This document shows, in pieces, positions 25,261-38,579 of a stretch of 64,000 nucleotides of DNA (the first letter of the stretch is position 1; the number at the start of each line of letters is the position of its first letter). A program made the translations under genes and the position numbers. The DNA is taken from assembly GCF_902652985.1 (NCBI RefSeq), contig NC_047023.1:32426001-32490000 (forward strand), in the 5' to 3' direction. Source of the stretch: Pecten maximus (taxonomy: Eukaryota). Under the pieces are notes generated by a model. The model did not search any database and was not told the origin of the DNA. It worked only from the letters and a program-made list of their open reading frames with translations.

Positions 25261-27259
25261 TGTCACAGGTGCCAGACTTTTGGAACTAGCGCCCAGCTGT
25301 AATCCGCAATGTATAGAATCTTTATCTGTAGTTCATTCAGCAGCTGTACCCCATACAGGAGTTAAAACCGAAGTACATCATCGTAGTAAATTGCTTTTCC
25401 CTCTCTATAACTACGCGGTACATGTGTGATATTACATAGCGTTCACGTTTGTGGCGAAATCAATGTGTACCTATGGGCGGCTGCATAAGTCAATATTGAA
25501 GCTTATCGGCTGTGGTATAGACAGAGCACGGGTAACGGTGGATGCCCATGTGTCCGGCAGATGTCGGGAACTGTCGGAATCATCAGTATCCTTTGGCGTT
25601 TGTTTTCAAAACTATGTGTCAGGAAAATTAATTGTAACCAGTTAAAGCTCAAAGCTTAATATATTTGTCAGTTCATCGTATATACAACATAATCAAGCGT
25701 CTGTTTTCCCATAGGTGTACGTTCAGATTGCAGTGTTCGGGAGCAGCATATCTTATTTACATACAGAGTGAAGACCGTAAGGCCATGTCAACTCTCTCGG
25801 AAGAATAGCATGTATGTGTAACCTGGCCAGATTGCCAGTGACACATCAGGCCCACGTTCTTATTGTCTGTGCTAATTACCAAGATGTGTCGCCATTGTCT
25901 TTGACTAATGCGACTGGATTTATTGGAATTGATCGCACTAGCTTCAAACGTTATGGCCTATAGTCCACTAAGCAAGCGTTCTGGCTTTCAAATATTTTTT
26001 TTCTTTTTTTTCTCAATCACTTTGGTGTAACATTGCCTAGACCCCGACATATGAGAGGAATATTAAAGATTATATAATTATACTTGTCATCACCTATGTG
26101 GTTGTATACATGAAGTAGCGCGAGTTTAAGGTATAAGTTTTGACGCATTTATCATCAAGAATTTCTTTCTGTCAATCAAATATTACCTCTTGTGTTGAGA
26201 TTATGAAGGACATTTCTGATATAATCTTATCATTTGACCAGAATGCAGGCACTCATGCTTTGAGTTAGAGCTCTTCACCAATTCGAATCTCTTTGAGACG
26301 ACATTCACAATCGCCATAGTTCTGAAAAGAGTAAATGACATGGAAACCGTTCGTTAGAGCCTGGCATACGCCTAACAATTGTCCTATTCAAATGTGTTAA
26401 TTCCTTATCTTCGCCAATCGCACTTGGATTGCGATATGTTCAGTGCTGGACCTCCTAACAATGTAACAGGCACATGTCTTTATTATATAAAGTCAGCAGA
26501 CCTTACAGTTACAAACTGCCTATCATGCAGGATAGGGTTTGAGTAAGTGACTGTACAACAGGATATGTGGCAAGTCATCGTCTGTACTGTAAGATTAGTG
26601 AAGAGTCATAGTGTGTTTTGTTTTGCAAAACGAACCATTCGTTCATAAGTTCAATATGGTGGAAGATGAAAGACTTCTGTTTTAATAAAACATAATTATA
26701 TAAACTCCTGTATTACCAGCTGAAAGCTGTATTTCATCAGTGGTCTGTTTGCACAATTAACTACCTTACGAGATCGTTGTTTTTCCTTGTTTCGTGATTC
26801 AATTTGCACATTGGCATTGAAAACTAAGTTGGTTGTTCTTTTTACTGGATCAGATTTAACGTTGCGATAAATACATATATACATTGTGCCTTACTTTTGC
26901 AACTGTCCTTCATAGACCCATCTCGGTGATCCGCTACAGCAGGAAAATAGAGTTAGACAATTCCTTTGACAATTAATGATGACTGTAATAGTGTTCGATA
27001 ACGTGTAGATCATAGCTTCATAGTACTGTGAAACTAATCGGAGATGAATAATTATGTGTTATGATAACAAAATAGAATAATCACTCTGAACTATTTCATG
27101 ACGAATGAAAAGTTAATAGTTTGAACTGTTACCTGACTGCCTATGTAGATATAAATTAAGTATTTTCGAATGTTTCCTAGGAAAATTTCTTGAAAATCGT
27201 AACTGATCGGCGTGCAGCATCCGAACCTGCCCAATCATTCAAATGCTTATGATTAATAT

Positions 27260-28860
27260 AAGACTCTTTCATATGTGTATATGTAGGATAGGGACATTCC
27301 ACCCGAGGGGTCACAAAATGTGGTGAAACCCGAGGCTTGCCGAGGGTTTTACCACATTTTGTGATCCCGAGGGTGGAATATCCCTATCCTACATACACAC
27401 ATAATGAAAGAGTCTTTTTCTCTCATATCATTACCGAATTTCTGGCGAAAGTGTCCCTCAGCCATCCATTTTCTTCAATTTTTTAATTTCTTTATTTGAC
27501 GTTTTTACTAAATATACTTGTGATATTCTGAAAGATCATACCCTATTTTTAGCAAACAACGTTTGCACACAAATTTCATTCATTTTGTGGTTAAGTGATG
27601 AACGAATGAACAATTCGCCGATAAAAATTACCGTACCTTGACCGACTTTTACGTGGCCGTGATCAAATTGTCAACATCCGAGAAAAAGAAGTTCTATCAA
27701 CAATACTGAAAGCCAACGCTGAAATGAGTTTCCCAACTTCACATATAATTTGATTTGCACCTCGACATATTTAATCATTTCACAGAACACACTGTACTTT
27801 TAAATGTCAAGTCAATTTTTTTTTTATAAAATACTACGTCACTGCATGACGTCACGACTGTCATTGGAATTCCATTCATAGTTCAATGAGAGTGATGTCG
27901 ATCTCGATCGCCATGACGCGGCGATGTTTCGTGGCTGGTAATTTTAAATTCACTGTGATTTTGGCAACTTCGTGTGTGAACCAGCGAACAGTGACTCTAT
28001 ACGAGTATTCGATCTTTTCTGTGACATAGGCTTATATGTGTTTAACCGGTTGTCTTGATGGAATGACGAAGGTAGGTCAGTCGATAGGCTAACGATGATC
28101 ATATTGAAAGGCTAGGATGGCAGTTAGTTTTCATGGTTACTCTACACAAATATAGACTCTGAGTTACAATTGAAATAAATATTTTTTATATGAACATCGA
28201 GGGGTGTCATTTTTACCGAATGTTCGTTCATTTAAGAGCCAATTCCCAACTTCCAAATACACAGGTTACTGAGTAGGCCTAACAGTTACTGACAGTACCG
28301 TAGAGTAAACAAATTCCAGGGCCCCCTGCTGACGCAAACGGAACCATTTCATAGGTTGTGACGTTTGACATTTTCTTTTTTATATTTTTTTATGTATGGC
28401 TTTTATTTTACTTCCTGTCATTGCCAGGTGATTGTGTGTGTTTACACGTTTTTAATGACAAATGACAAATCTGTCGGGTAGGCAAGTCTGTATTGTACTG
28501 TAACTGTTACAACAGGCCTGTAACGTTAGGCGTAGTCTAACTGTTTGTTACAGTAACGGAGTTATATGTTCGCTCAGATGAAATGTCTAATCGTTTAACC
28601 GTGTAGCCCTATTGATTTACTGCTGATATGATATATATTTATCTAAGAATGTATGTATTTTTATAGTTAAGTCCAACGTTTCAAAACCGACACCGACGAT
28701 AAGGACTGTCGGATGTGAACACAAGCAGACGACGTTGTGAGAGTTGTCCCCCTTGAACGCAGATTAATCCGCGCGCGTGAAATGCTATGTAAGATAGATT
28801 TATCTTACATAGCTATCTTACATGGGCAAACTCTATCCAACATGGCGAGATATGAGAGAA
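27260..28860. mobile_element. ~1.6-kb non-autonomous element with a long terminal hairpin and asymmetric sub-terminal inverted repeats (Crypton-like or Helentron-like)
   Basis: ~157-bp imperfect palindrome at 27260-27416 centred on CCCGAGGCTTGCCGAGGG. TTCTCTCATATC (27418-27429) is inverted to GATATGAGAGAA (28849-28860). Small hairpin at 28784-28813. Confidence 0.6.
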
Positions 28861-29264
28861 TGAAGTGTCTTTCTGTTCACGATTATCGCTGAATAATATG
28901 GCTGCTTCGTGACTCTAAAATATATCAGGCAAGGAACTTTTATTTTCATTATCTAAATGGACTCTATCTGATTATCCTGGGTTATTAAGGTAAAAATGCA
29001 ATTGTTTCATGCTTTAAATGTCAATATCAATCGCAAGTAAAATCCTAATTCCCCTTGGAATTGTGACCAACCATATGAACTGTTTCTGGAGGCGGCAGGG
29101 GAGATAATTTTAACTCTCTCTCATCCTCAGTCAATATATGGTTCTACCAGGAAAGTATAACACCATATTGGCCTGAGAAACGGTCCATTATTGGTAAATA
29201 TCAATCATAAACAGCAATATGATGCCTCCAATAACTAAAGCAGCGCCTCATGTATTTTACAAAT

Positions 29265-30215
29265 AAATATATAGCTGGTTTCTGGTCTTAAACCGTGTAA
29301 CAAAAAGTCTTTTTGAAACCTATTAATACCGATGAAGAAGTATTCGCTATTACGAGCAACAGGAGCTTTCTTCTTTCGTCGCAGTAATACACTCAATGAT
29401 CGCGTCGTTTTGTAATATCAGAATTTATTAATCTTTTTCGTACCGACGATAGGGGACTCATGGGGACCATCAGTTGACCTTAACCAGGTGATGGATTTGG
29501 CTGGATGAAATTATACACAACTTGTAGACGGCTGGCGTATCGAGGTGTCTGTAAGCTGACACTATGTGACATAGCTAGTCTCTGACGTCAGATACTTCGT
29601 ATTGACATAATTTATGAGAGACTCTGATGTATTCTATCGCACGTGAGGTTCCATTGATCTTGTGTTGTTTATGTCTTTGTAAAATATCTCTTTTTTTTTT
29701 GCAAAAAATGTTAATAACAATGATATGCAACACTAAGACATCGCCTCATATTTTTTTTTTTTTTTTTTTTAAATTAATATATAGCTGGCTTCTTGTCTTA
29801 AACCAAGCTTAAGTTCTTTTCGAAACCAGTAATCGCCTATGAAGAAGTTGTCGCCAAATACGATCAGCAGGTGCTTTGTCTTTCCAGTAGCGGCTATTTC
29901 CAATTTGACAGCAATATACCTTTGAATCGCCTCGTTTGATAATATTAGAGTTTATTTGTCGTTTTAACCCCGGCGACAGCAGACGCTAGGGGGCAATCAG
30001 AAGACCTAAACCAGATGATGGATTTGGCTGGATAAAGAGTTATACACAGTCTGTAGACGGTTGGAGCATCGCGATATCTTTATACGCTGACACCATCTGC
30101 CAGATAGTCCCTTGTCTCATGTCAGATACTTTGTAATGATAAAAAACATGATAGAGACGTATTCGAACGCACCTTATTGGAAGCAGCTATTTTGTTCCAC
30201 GGATCTTGTGTTGTT
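29265..30215. repeat. Diverged tandem duplication, ~510-bp period
   Basis: Shared blocks AATATATAGCTGG, ATGAAGAAGT, TGATGGATTTGGCTGGAT, TGTAGACGG, GCTGACAC and GTCAGATACTT occur in both 29265-29670 and 29775-30215. Confidence 0.85.
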
Positions 30216-30942
30216 GACGTCATTGTTTGAAATCTAAATGCTACGATAAGTGTGAATAAACGTTCTGTTTTGCAACGAAATACTGTCGATTTATTGATGT
30301 CCGCGTGCTCATTCAGCGAATAATTTAACATCATAAACGTACAAATGTAGTATTATCCATGTGAGTAAAGCTAATACTATAATTTCACTCCCATTACATT
30401 TCAGTCAATGTTGTCAGAGATACTTTTGCATGTATCATTTGCGGTTAGCATATCATCCTTAAAGAACTACAATGCGTTTTATTTTATTTATTTATTTATT
30501 TTTTTGTATTTGTTTTGTTGTTGTTTTTTCCAATACCGTCTCTATTTTTATCTTAAGCTATTTCTCACAAATAACTGTGTTTAATGACAACTAATCAACA
30601 CACTTAAGATGTGTTTGGGAAATTGGAACTCATTTTAGGCTCTCCGTATCGTCATAAAACATGACAAGATTAAATCATATTGTTATGGTAATTAAGGACA
30701 AATCGTCAAATAAAAACGAGTAAATTTAGGTCATCATTCACTATCCATAAATCTGAATGCTCACATGCACGTAAAGTTCTCTTGAAAACTAATATTGAAA
30801 ATTACGACATTTATTGAAAGTATGGGTCATTTGTTCATCCCCGCTGATATTTTACAATGCGTTTGACAAACATTCACAATCGTTTCAATGAAGCATACGT
30901 TTTTGAAGTTAAGTCATGGTCGACTCCCATGACTATTGTAGG

Positions 30943-31992
30943 TCCTTCACTGATGGGTTGTAGAAGGACGTATTCCTTCACTGATGGGTTGTAGAAGGAC
31001 GTATTCCTTCACTGATGGACTGTAGAAGGACGAATTCTTTCACTGATGGGTTGTAGACGGACGAATTCCTTCACTGATGGGTTGTAGAAGGACGAATTCC
31101 TTCACTGATGAGTTGTAGAAGGACGTATTCCTTCACTGATGGGTTGTAGACGGACGAATTCCTTCACTGATGGGTTGTAGAAGGACGTATTCCTTCACTG
31201 ATGGGTTGTAGAAGGACGAATTCTTTCACTGATGGGTTGTAGAAGGACGTATTCCTTCACTGATGGACTGTAGAAGGACGAATTCTTTCACTGATGGGTT
31301 GTAGACGGACGAATTCCTTCACTGATGGGTCGTAGACGGACCCAATTCCTTCACTGATGAGTTGTAGAAGGACGTATTCCTTTATTGATGGGTTGTAGAC
31401 GGACGTATTTCTTTATTGATGGTTGCAGACGGACGAATTCCTTTATTGATGGGTTGTAGACGGACGAATTCCTTTATTGATGGGTTGTAGACGGACAAAG
31501 TCCTTTATTGATGGGTTGTAGACGGACGAATTCCTTCTCTGATGGGCCGTAGACGGACGAATTCCTTCTCTGATGGGTCGTAGACGGGCGAATTCCTTCT
31601 CTGATGGGTCGTAGACGGACGAACTCCTTCTCTGATGGGTCGTAGACGGACGAATTCCTTCTCTGATGGGTTGTAGACGGACGAATTACTTCACTGATGG
31701 GTCGTAGACGGACGAATTCCTTCACTGTGGGTTGTAGAAGGACGAATAAATTCACTTATGGGTTTCAATAAGACGAATGCCTTCAATGATGGATTGTAGA
31801 CGGACGTATTTCTTTATTGATGGGTTGTAGACGGACGAATTCCTTCACTGATGGGTTGTAGACGGACGAATTCCTTCTCTGATGGGTCGTAGACGGACGA
31901 ATTCCTTCTCTGATGGGTCATAGACGGACGAATTCCTTCACTGATGGGTTGTAGAAGGACGAATTCCTTCACTGATGGGTTCTAGAAAGACG
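30943..31992 (+). repeat. Minisatellite, 31-bp unit (TTCCTTCACTGATGGGTTGTAGAAGGACGAA), about 34 copies, derived from a hammerhead ribozyme core plus stem II
   Basis: Period 30961 to 30992. The unit aligns to CACTGACGAGTCCTAGAAGGACGAA of the ribozyme arrays, and the 3' flank (31971-32040) aligns with the 3' flank of the 37.8-kb array (38076-38150). Confidence 0.9.
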
Positions 31993-32813
31993 ACTCAGCC
32001 TTATGGTGTAGTTAGGTTTATTTCGGCTACTGTATCTTACTTATTATTTTGTTGTGAACGGTGATGATATCCTGTATGCCTTGTAAACAATAATTTGATA
32101 AATATACATTTTGTGCACCATAACTACTGTATGCAGTATTTTATTTTGAATCATTTCCTGTTAGGTCAATATATATATATATATATGTCACCATGTCACC
32201 TGACATTGAGGTGATAATCTAAACTATTAATTTATACTGACAACGGAATATTTGTTAAATGGTACTGGGTGGAGATATTAACGGAATAAGCATAACTCCC
32301 ATTAATTTTGGAAGCTTACGAGAAGTAAGCACCCGTAATAGATCGGCTATAGAAAGCCTCTCACGACATTAGATATTCATTCATAAACATGTGTATTGTT
32401 CAGCGTGACACCATGCAGGGTACCCGAATCTAGATTAATATCTATGATATAAACTGCCTAGGTGACAAATGGTTGGTGTGAGAAAATATACTGATCCATA
32501 GCTGAATTTATTTGGTCATGCACGTCATGTTTTATCTGGAACATTAAGCCACGTCGCTTTATCTATAGGTGTTGTTATTGAGATCACGTACTAAAGTCTC
32601 TGATACTGATTGGACAACCACATTGTGGTGAAACACTCTCATCTGTCAACAGAATCATGACAACCATTTTCTAAATGACAATTGTCTCATATCATGCGTT
32701 CCTTCAACATAGAGAAAATAATGATTTAAAAAATAAATACATAAAAAATAGATGCTGCATCAGTAATTCGATTCTATCTCTCATTCTATCTGGTATTAAC
32801 TGGTATTATATAT

Positions 32814-33514
32814 TGTAACTGTGGTCAGAGCGGCACAGCCATACATTGATAACACAATAAAGCATTCTGTACAGTATATACATATTTATTTACAGTATTT
32901 ATAAGACTATTATATAGACAAAATACATACACCCTCACACTCATACCTATAGAAAACGCATACGCTTACTTTACACTAAATACATGACAATAACTGGCCC
33001 GTATACGACTAATACATGACTGATATACAAATAGCTTGCTTATACGGCTTATTGATACTATAGTTACCATTATAACATATAGATAAAACAATAACTAGTT
33101 ATAGAAATTTAAACATACACGTAAACAACTCAGTCACGCACGAGTGGACCGCATCAACTATAAATGCTTGACCGGTCTCCTACAGGTAAATACTATAATC
33201 CAATCGGATAAATACATGGGCAATATAAACCAAAAAGGGGCAAACACTTACTGCACAGTCAGCTTTCTGTGCTTTCACTCATATGAGACAAATATAACAA
33301 TGTCTCCAATACCTCGAACGATCCTCCGTCCAGAGCGTGCCTTACCGATCGTCCATCATCTGGTATCTCTCGCGCCTTATCGAAAACACTTACCTGACAG
33401 AGAGGTCCGACTTATAGGTAGCGCACCACTAAATACAAACCTTACATACATACCACATAGAAACACCACAGAAATACTTACCATATTTACCAATCGAGTA
33501 TTGCGAGCGTGACA
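32814..33514 (-). mobile_element. Probable solo LTR (Gypsy-like), ~700 bp
   Basis: Minus strand begins TGTCAC (33514) and ends GTTACA (32814), with AATAAA ~70 bp before the 3' end. No clean TSD seen. Confidence 0.4.
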
Positions 33515-33533
33515 CATAAAATGTTCTAATGTC

Positions 33534-34050
33534 CGTCATGGAAGAAAACTGGTATTGAATTTAACGCTCTTATATTCGTCATGGAAGAAAACTGGTATTG
33601 AATCTAACGTTCTTATATTCGTCATGGAAGAAAAACTGGTATTGAATCTAACGTTTTTATATTCGTCATGGAAGAAAACTGGTATTGAATCTAACGTTCT
33701 TATATTCGTCATGGAAGAAAACTTGTATTGAAACTACATTGTAACGTTCTTATATTCGTCATGGAAGAAAACTGGTATTGAATCTAACGTTCTTATATTC
33801 GTCATGGAAGAAAAACTGGTATTGAATCTAATGTTCTTATATTCGTCATGGAAGAAAAACTGGTATTGAATCTAACGTTCTTATATTCGTCATGGAAGAA
33901 AAACTGGTATTGAATCTAACGTTCTTATATTCGTCATGGAAGAAAACTGGTATTGAATCTGACGTTCTTATATTCGTCATAGAAGAAAACTGGTATTGAA
34001 TCTAACGTTCTTATATTCGTCATGGAAGAAAACTGGTATTAGATATAACG
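33534..34050. repeat. Minisatellite, 43-44-bp unit (CGTCATGGAAGAAAACTGGTATTGAATCTAACGTTCTTATATT), about 12 copies
   Basis: Direct periodicity; the array starts 20 bp after the putative LTR. Confidence 0.95.
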
Positions 34051-34535
34051 TAAAGACGCGCCCGCATAATCAAGAATGTGCCACTGTCGTGTAGCCAGAC
34101 ATATCCGTCCCTTCACTATAATAAATCCAGCGCATTCATGATTAACAATCTCTCCAAACACCGTGATGGACATGTATTTTTCCGAAAAATTCAGTCAAAT
34201 CTAGCTGACCTTGCAGTTCAGAAAATATTCAAGGATATGTAAAAATCGTAAAATATATGCACTGTTTTAAAGATAGTTTGCGTGTTTTACAACAATAAAC
34301 TATCAATTATAAAAAAAAAATGAAGATGTTTCCGTATCTGAAAAGCAAATATATTTCTATTTTTCCTGCAAAGTTCAATTGTTCTCCGTTTGTCTTCTTA
34401 CATTTACTTTTAACTTAAAGAACAAAAACTACGTATGTACGTGGGTTTTCCATTAATCTGACATGACGGATGCTATTTCCTCATGTAAGCTATCTCTTAC
34501 CAGCACGGAAGGTCTTTCCGTCCGTTCTTCCAATG

Positions 34536-37345
34536 GGTTTACTTGGACTAACTAGTGTGAGAGGTCTGATGTCCTGGTTTATTTGGACTAACTAGTGTGA
34601 GAGGTCTGATGTCCTGGTTTACTTGGACTAACTAGTGTGAGAGGTCTGATGTCCTGGTTTACTTGGACTAACTAGTGTGAGAGGTCTGATGTCCTGGTTT
34701 ACTTGGACTAACTAGTGTGAGAGGTCTGATGTCCTGGTTTACTTGGACTAACTAGTGTGAGAGGTCTGGTGTCCTGGTTTACTTGGACTAACTAGTGTGA
34801 GAGGTTTGATGTCCTGGTTTTCTTGGACTAACTAGTGTGAGATGTCTGATGTCCTGGTTTTCTTGGACTAACTAGTGTGAGAGGTCTGATGTCCTGGTTT
34901 ACCTGGACTAACTAGTGTGAGAGGTCTGATGTCCTGGTTTACCTGGACTAACTAGTGTGAGAGGTCTGATGTCCTGGTTTACTTGGACTAACTAGTGTGA
35001 GAGGTCTAATGTCCTGGTTTATTTCGACTAACTAGTGTGAGAGGTCTAATGTCCTGGTTTATTTGGACTAACTAGTGTGAGAGGTCTGATGTCCTGGTTT
35101 ATTTGGACTAACTAGTGTGAGAGGTCTGACGTCCTGGTTTTACTTGGACTAACTAGTGTGAGAGGTCTGATGTCCTGGTTTTCTTGGACTAACTAGTGTG
35201 AGAGGTCTGATGTCCTGGTTTACTTGGACTAACTAGTGTGAGAGGTCTGATGTCCTGGTTTACTTGGACTAACTAGTGTGAGAGGTCTGATGTCCTGGTT
35301 TACTTGGACTACCTAGTGTGAGAGGTCTGATGTCCTGGTTTTACTTGGACTAACTAGTGTGAGAGGTCTGATGTCCTGGTTTACTTGGACTAACTAGTGT
35401 GAGAGATCTGATGTCCTGGTTTACTTGGACTAACTAGTGTGAGAGGTCTGATGTCCTGGTTTACTTGGACTAACTAGTGTGAGAGGTCTGATGTCCTGGT
35501 TTACTTGGACTAACTAGTGTGAGAGGTCTGATGTCCTGGTTTACTTGGACTAACTAGTGTGAGAGATCTGATGTCCTGGTTTACTTGGACTACCTAGTGT
35601 GAGAGATCTGATGTCCTGGTTTATTTGGACTAACTAGTGTGAGAGATCTGATGTCCTGGTTTATTTGGACTAACTAGTGTGAGAGGTCTGATGTCCTGGT
35701 TTACTTGGACTAACTAGTGTGAGAGGTCTGATGTCCTGGTTTACTTGGACTAGCTAGTGTGAGAGGTCTGATGTCCTGGTTTACTTGGACTAACTAGTGT
35801 GAGAGGTCGGATGCCCTAGTTTACTTGGACTAACTAGTGTGAGAGGTCTGATGTTCTGGTTTACTTGGACTAACTAGTGTGAGAGGTCTGATGTCCTGGT
35901 TTACTTGGACTAACTAGTGTGAGAGGTCTGATGTCCTGGTTTACTTGGACTAACTAGTGTGAGAGGTCTGATGTCCTGGTTTATTTGGACTAACTAGTGT
36001 GAGAGATCTGATGTTCTGGTTTACTTGGACTAACTAGTGTGAGAGGTCTGATGTCCTGGTTTACTTGGACTAACTAGTGTGAGAGATGTGATGCCCTGGT
36101 TTACTTGGACTAACTAGTGTGAGAGGTCTGATGTCCTGGTTTACTTGGACTAACTAATGTGAGAGGTCTGATGTCCTGGTTTAGTTGGACTAACTAGTGT
36201 GAGAGGTCTGGTGTCCTGATTTACTTGGACTAACTAGTGTGAGAAGTCTGATGTCCTGGTTTATTTGGACTAACTAGTGTGAGAGGTCTGACGTCCTAGT
36301 TTACTTGGACTAACTAGTGTGAGAGGTCTGATGTCCTGGTTTATTTTGACTAACCAGTGTGAGATATCTGATGCCCTGGTTTACTTGGACTAACTAGTGT
36401 GAGAGGTCTGATGTCCTGGTTTACTTGGACTAACTAGTGTGAGAGGTCTGATGTCCTGGTTCACTTGGACTAACTAGTGTGAGAGGTCTGATGTCCTGGT
36501 TCACTTGGACTAACTAGTGTGAGAGGTCTGATGTCCTGGTTCACTTGGACTAACTAGTGTGAGAGGTCTGGGGCCTGGTTTATTTGGACTAACTAGTGTG
36601 AGAGGTCTAATGTCCTGGTTTATTTGGACTAACTAGTGTGAGAGGTCTGATGTCCTGGTTCACTTGGACTAACTAGTGTGAGAGGTCTGGGGCCTGGTTT
36701 ATTTGAACTAACTAGTGTGAGAGATCTGATGTCCTGGTTTACTTGGACTAACTAGTGTGAGAGGTCTGATGTCCTGGTTTACTTGGACTAACTAGTGTGA
36801 GAGGTCTGATGTCCTGGTTTACTTGGACTAACTAGTGTGAGAGGTCTGATGTCCTAGTTTACTTGGACTAACTAGTGTGAGAGGTCTGATGTCCTGGTTC
36901 ACTTGGACTAACTAGTGTGAGAGGTCTGGGGCCTGGTTTATTTGGACTAACTAGTGTGAGAGGTCTGATGCCCTGGTTTATTTGGACTAACTAGTGTGAG
37001 AGGTCTAATGTCCTGGTTTATTTGGACTAACTAGTGTCAGAGGTCTGATGTCCTGGTTTACTTGGACTAACTAGTGTCAGAGGTCTGACGTATCTAGTGT
37101 GAGAGGTCTGATGTCCTGGTTTATTTGGACTAACTAGTGTGAGAGGTCTGATGCCCTGGTTTATTTGGACTAACTAGTGTGAGAGGTCTAATGTCCTGGT
37201 TTATTTGGACTAACTAGTGTGAGAGGTCTGATGTCCTGGTTTATTTGGACTAACTAGTGTGAGAGGTCTGATGTCCTGGTTTACTTGGACTAACTAGTGT
37301 GAGAGGATTGTGACACAGATCTGATGCCCTTGTTTACTTGGACTA
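34536..37345. repeat. Minisatellite, 40-bp unit (GGTTTACTTGGACTAACTAGTGTGAGAGGTCTGATGTCCT), about 70 copies
   Basis: Very homogeneous 40-bp period. Confidence 0.97.
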
Positions 37346-37796
37346 CTTAGCCTGCGACGAATATGACATAGATCGGATTTAATATTAAAAAAAACTCTGA
37401 TCAAGGTTCGCACGTAACAGGATAATACAAAGACATACAAGATATGTACACATTCCAATATTAATTAAATAACATTGCATCATACAGCTGTCACTCGTTA
37501 GTGATGATAAGGGTCTGGAATGTTTATACCTTTGTGGCGACGAAGGACACTCAAATTTAGTTGGAAAGCGTGTTAAAATCTGATGGAGAGGTACAATTTC
37601 CCTACATAACTTTATATGTTTCGTAATCTTTAATAATTCAAAACAATATCAAGTACGTGTGTTCTGTACGTGTTATGTAGCTTCTAAAACGCTGTATGGT
37701 AGGACTTCCCATACAAACATTCAAAGAAAGATTTCGAAGTTTAGTTTTTGTCGCCACCTATGATCAACACTTTATGCTTTTATCAAACTGTCGCAC

Positions 37797-38113
37797 AGAG
37801 GGACGAAACATGCATGATGTCCCTAGGATCATTGACGAGCCCTAGAAGGGCGAAACACCTTTATGATGTCTTTAGAATAACTGACGAGTCCTAGAAGGAT
37901 GAAACACATGTATGATGTTCCTAACATCATTGACGAGAACTAGAACGACGAGACAGCTGTATGGTGCCTCTTACATTTCTGACGAGTCCTAGAAGGTCGA
38001 AACACATGTATGTTGTCCATAGCATCATTGGCGAGCCCTAGAAGGACGAAAACCTGTATGATATCGCTAATATCTCTGGTGGGTCCTAGAACGACGAAAC
38101 ACCCGTATGGTGC
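37797..38113 (+). ncRNA. Second, more diverged hammerhead-monomer array (about 6.5 units of 48-49 bp)
   Basis: Units read (C/T)TGACGA-GTCCT-AGA-AGGAC-GAAAC-ACATGTA-TGATG...CATCA. GAAAC-like motifs fall at ~37805, 37852, 37901, 37950, 37999, 38048 and 38096. One unit has a compensatory stem II (GCCCT/AGGGC, ~37839-37851). Confidence 0.78.
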
Positions 38114-38579
38114 AGTTTAATTCACTTAGGCTCCACTGTATCTAACTCTTAATTTGCTTGGTAATGTGCACGTATCAGGTGTGCCTTTTGTATAATCCTT
38201 CTGGTGGACTGATCAATGCCAAAATCTGGATAGTAGGCTGCAAGAGATCAATATCTCAATCAATTTCATTATTTTCAATACTTGTTTTCAAAAGTTCTCT
38301 ATGAAACGTGTATATTCAGAACCGCGCCAATATTCAAATGAATTAAAATGTGACAGACAGGTCACAATAACTCTCGAGGACTCTGTGGAAAACCATCATC
38401 AATCCTTGATTACAAAAATCACAGTAAAAACCATTTTAGACATTTTTCAAATTCATGTATTCACCCTGAGAGTCTTTTCCCATGGTCATTTACAAAAATG
38501 TTTAATCTACCGTGAATATCGTAAATAATATGCCTTTATACCCTATAATGCAATCCCACGAAACATTTTAGGTTAAGGA

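Noticed and set aside
34536-37345. CRISPR-like or ribozyme-like reading of the 40-bp array (contains CTGATG)
   Set aside because: No unique spacers and no cas genes; CTGATGT lacks the conserved A and there is no stem II-GAAA. The lack of spacers applies to all arrays here.
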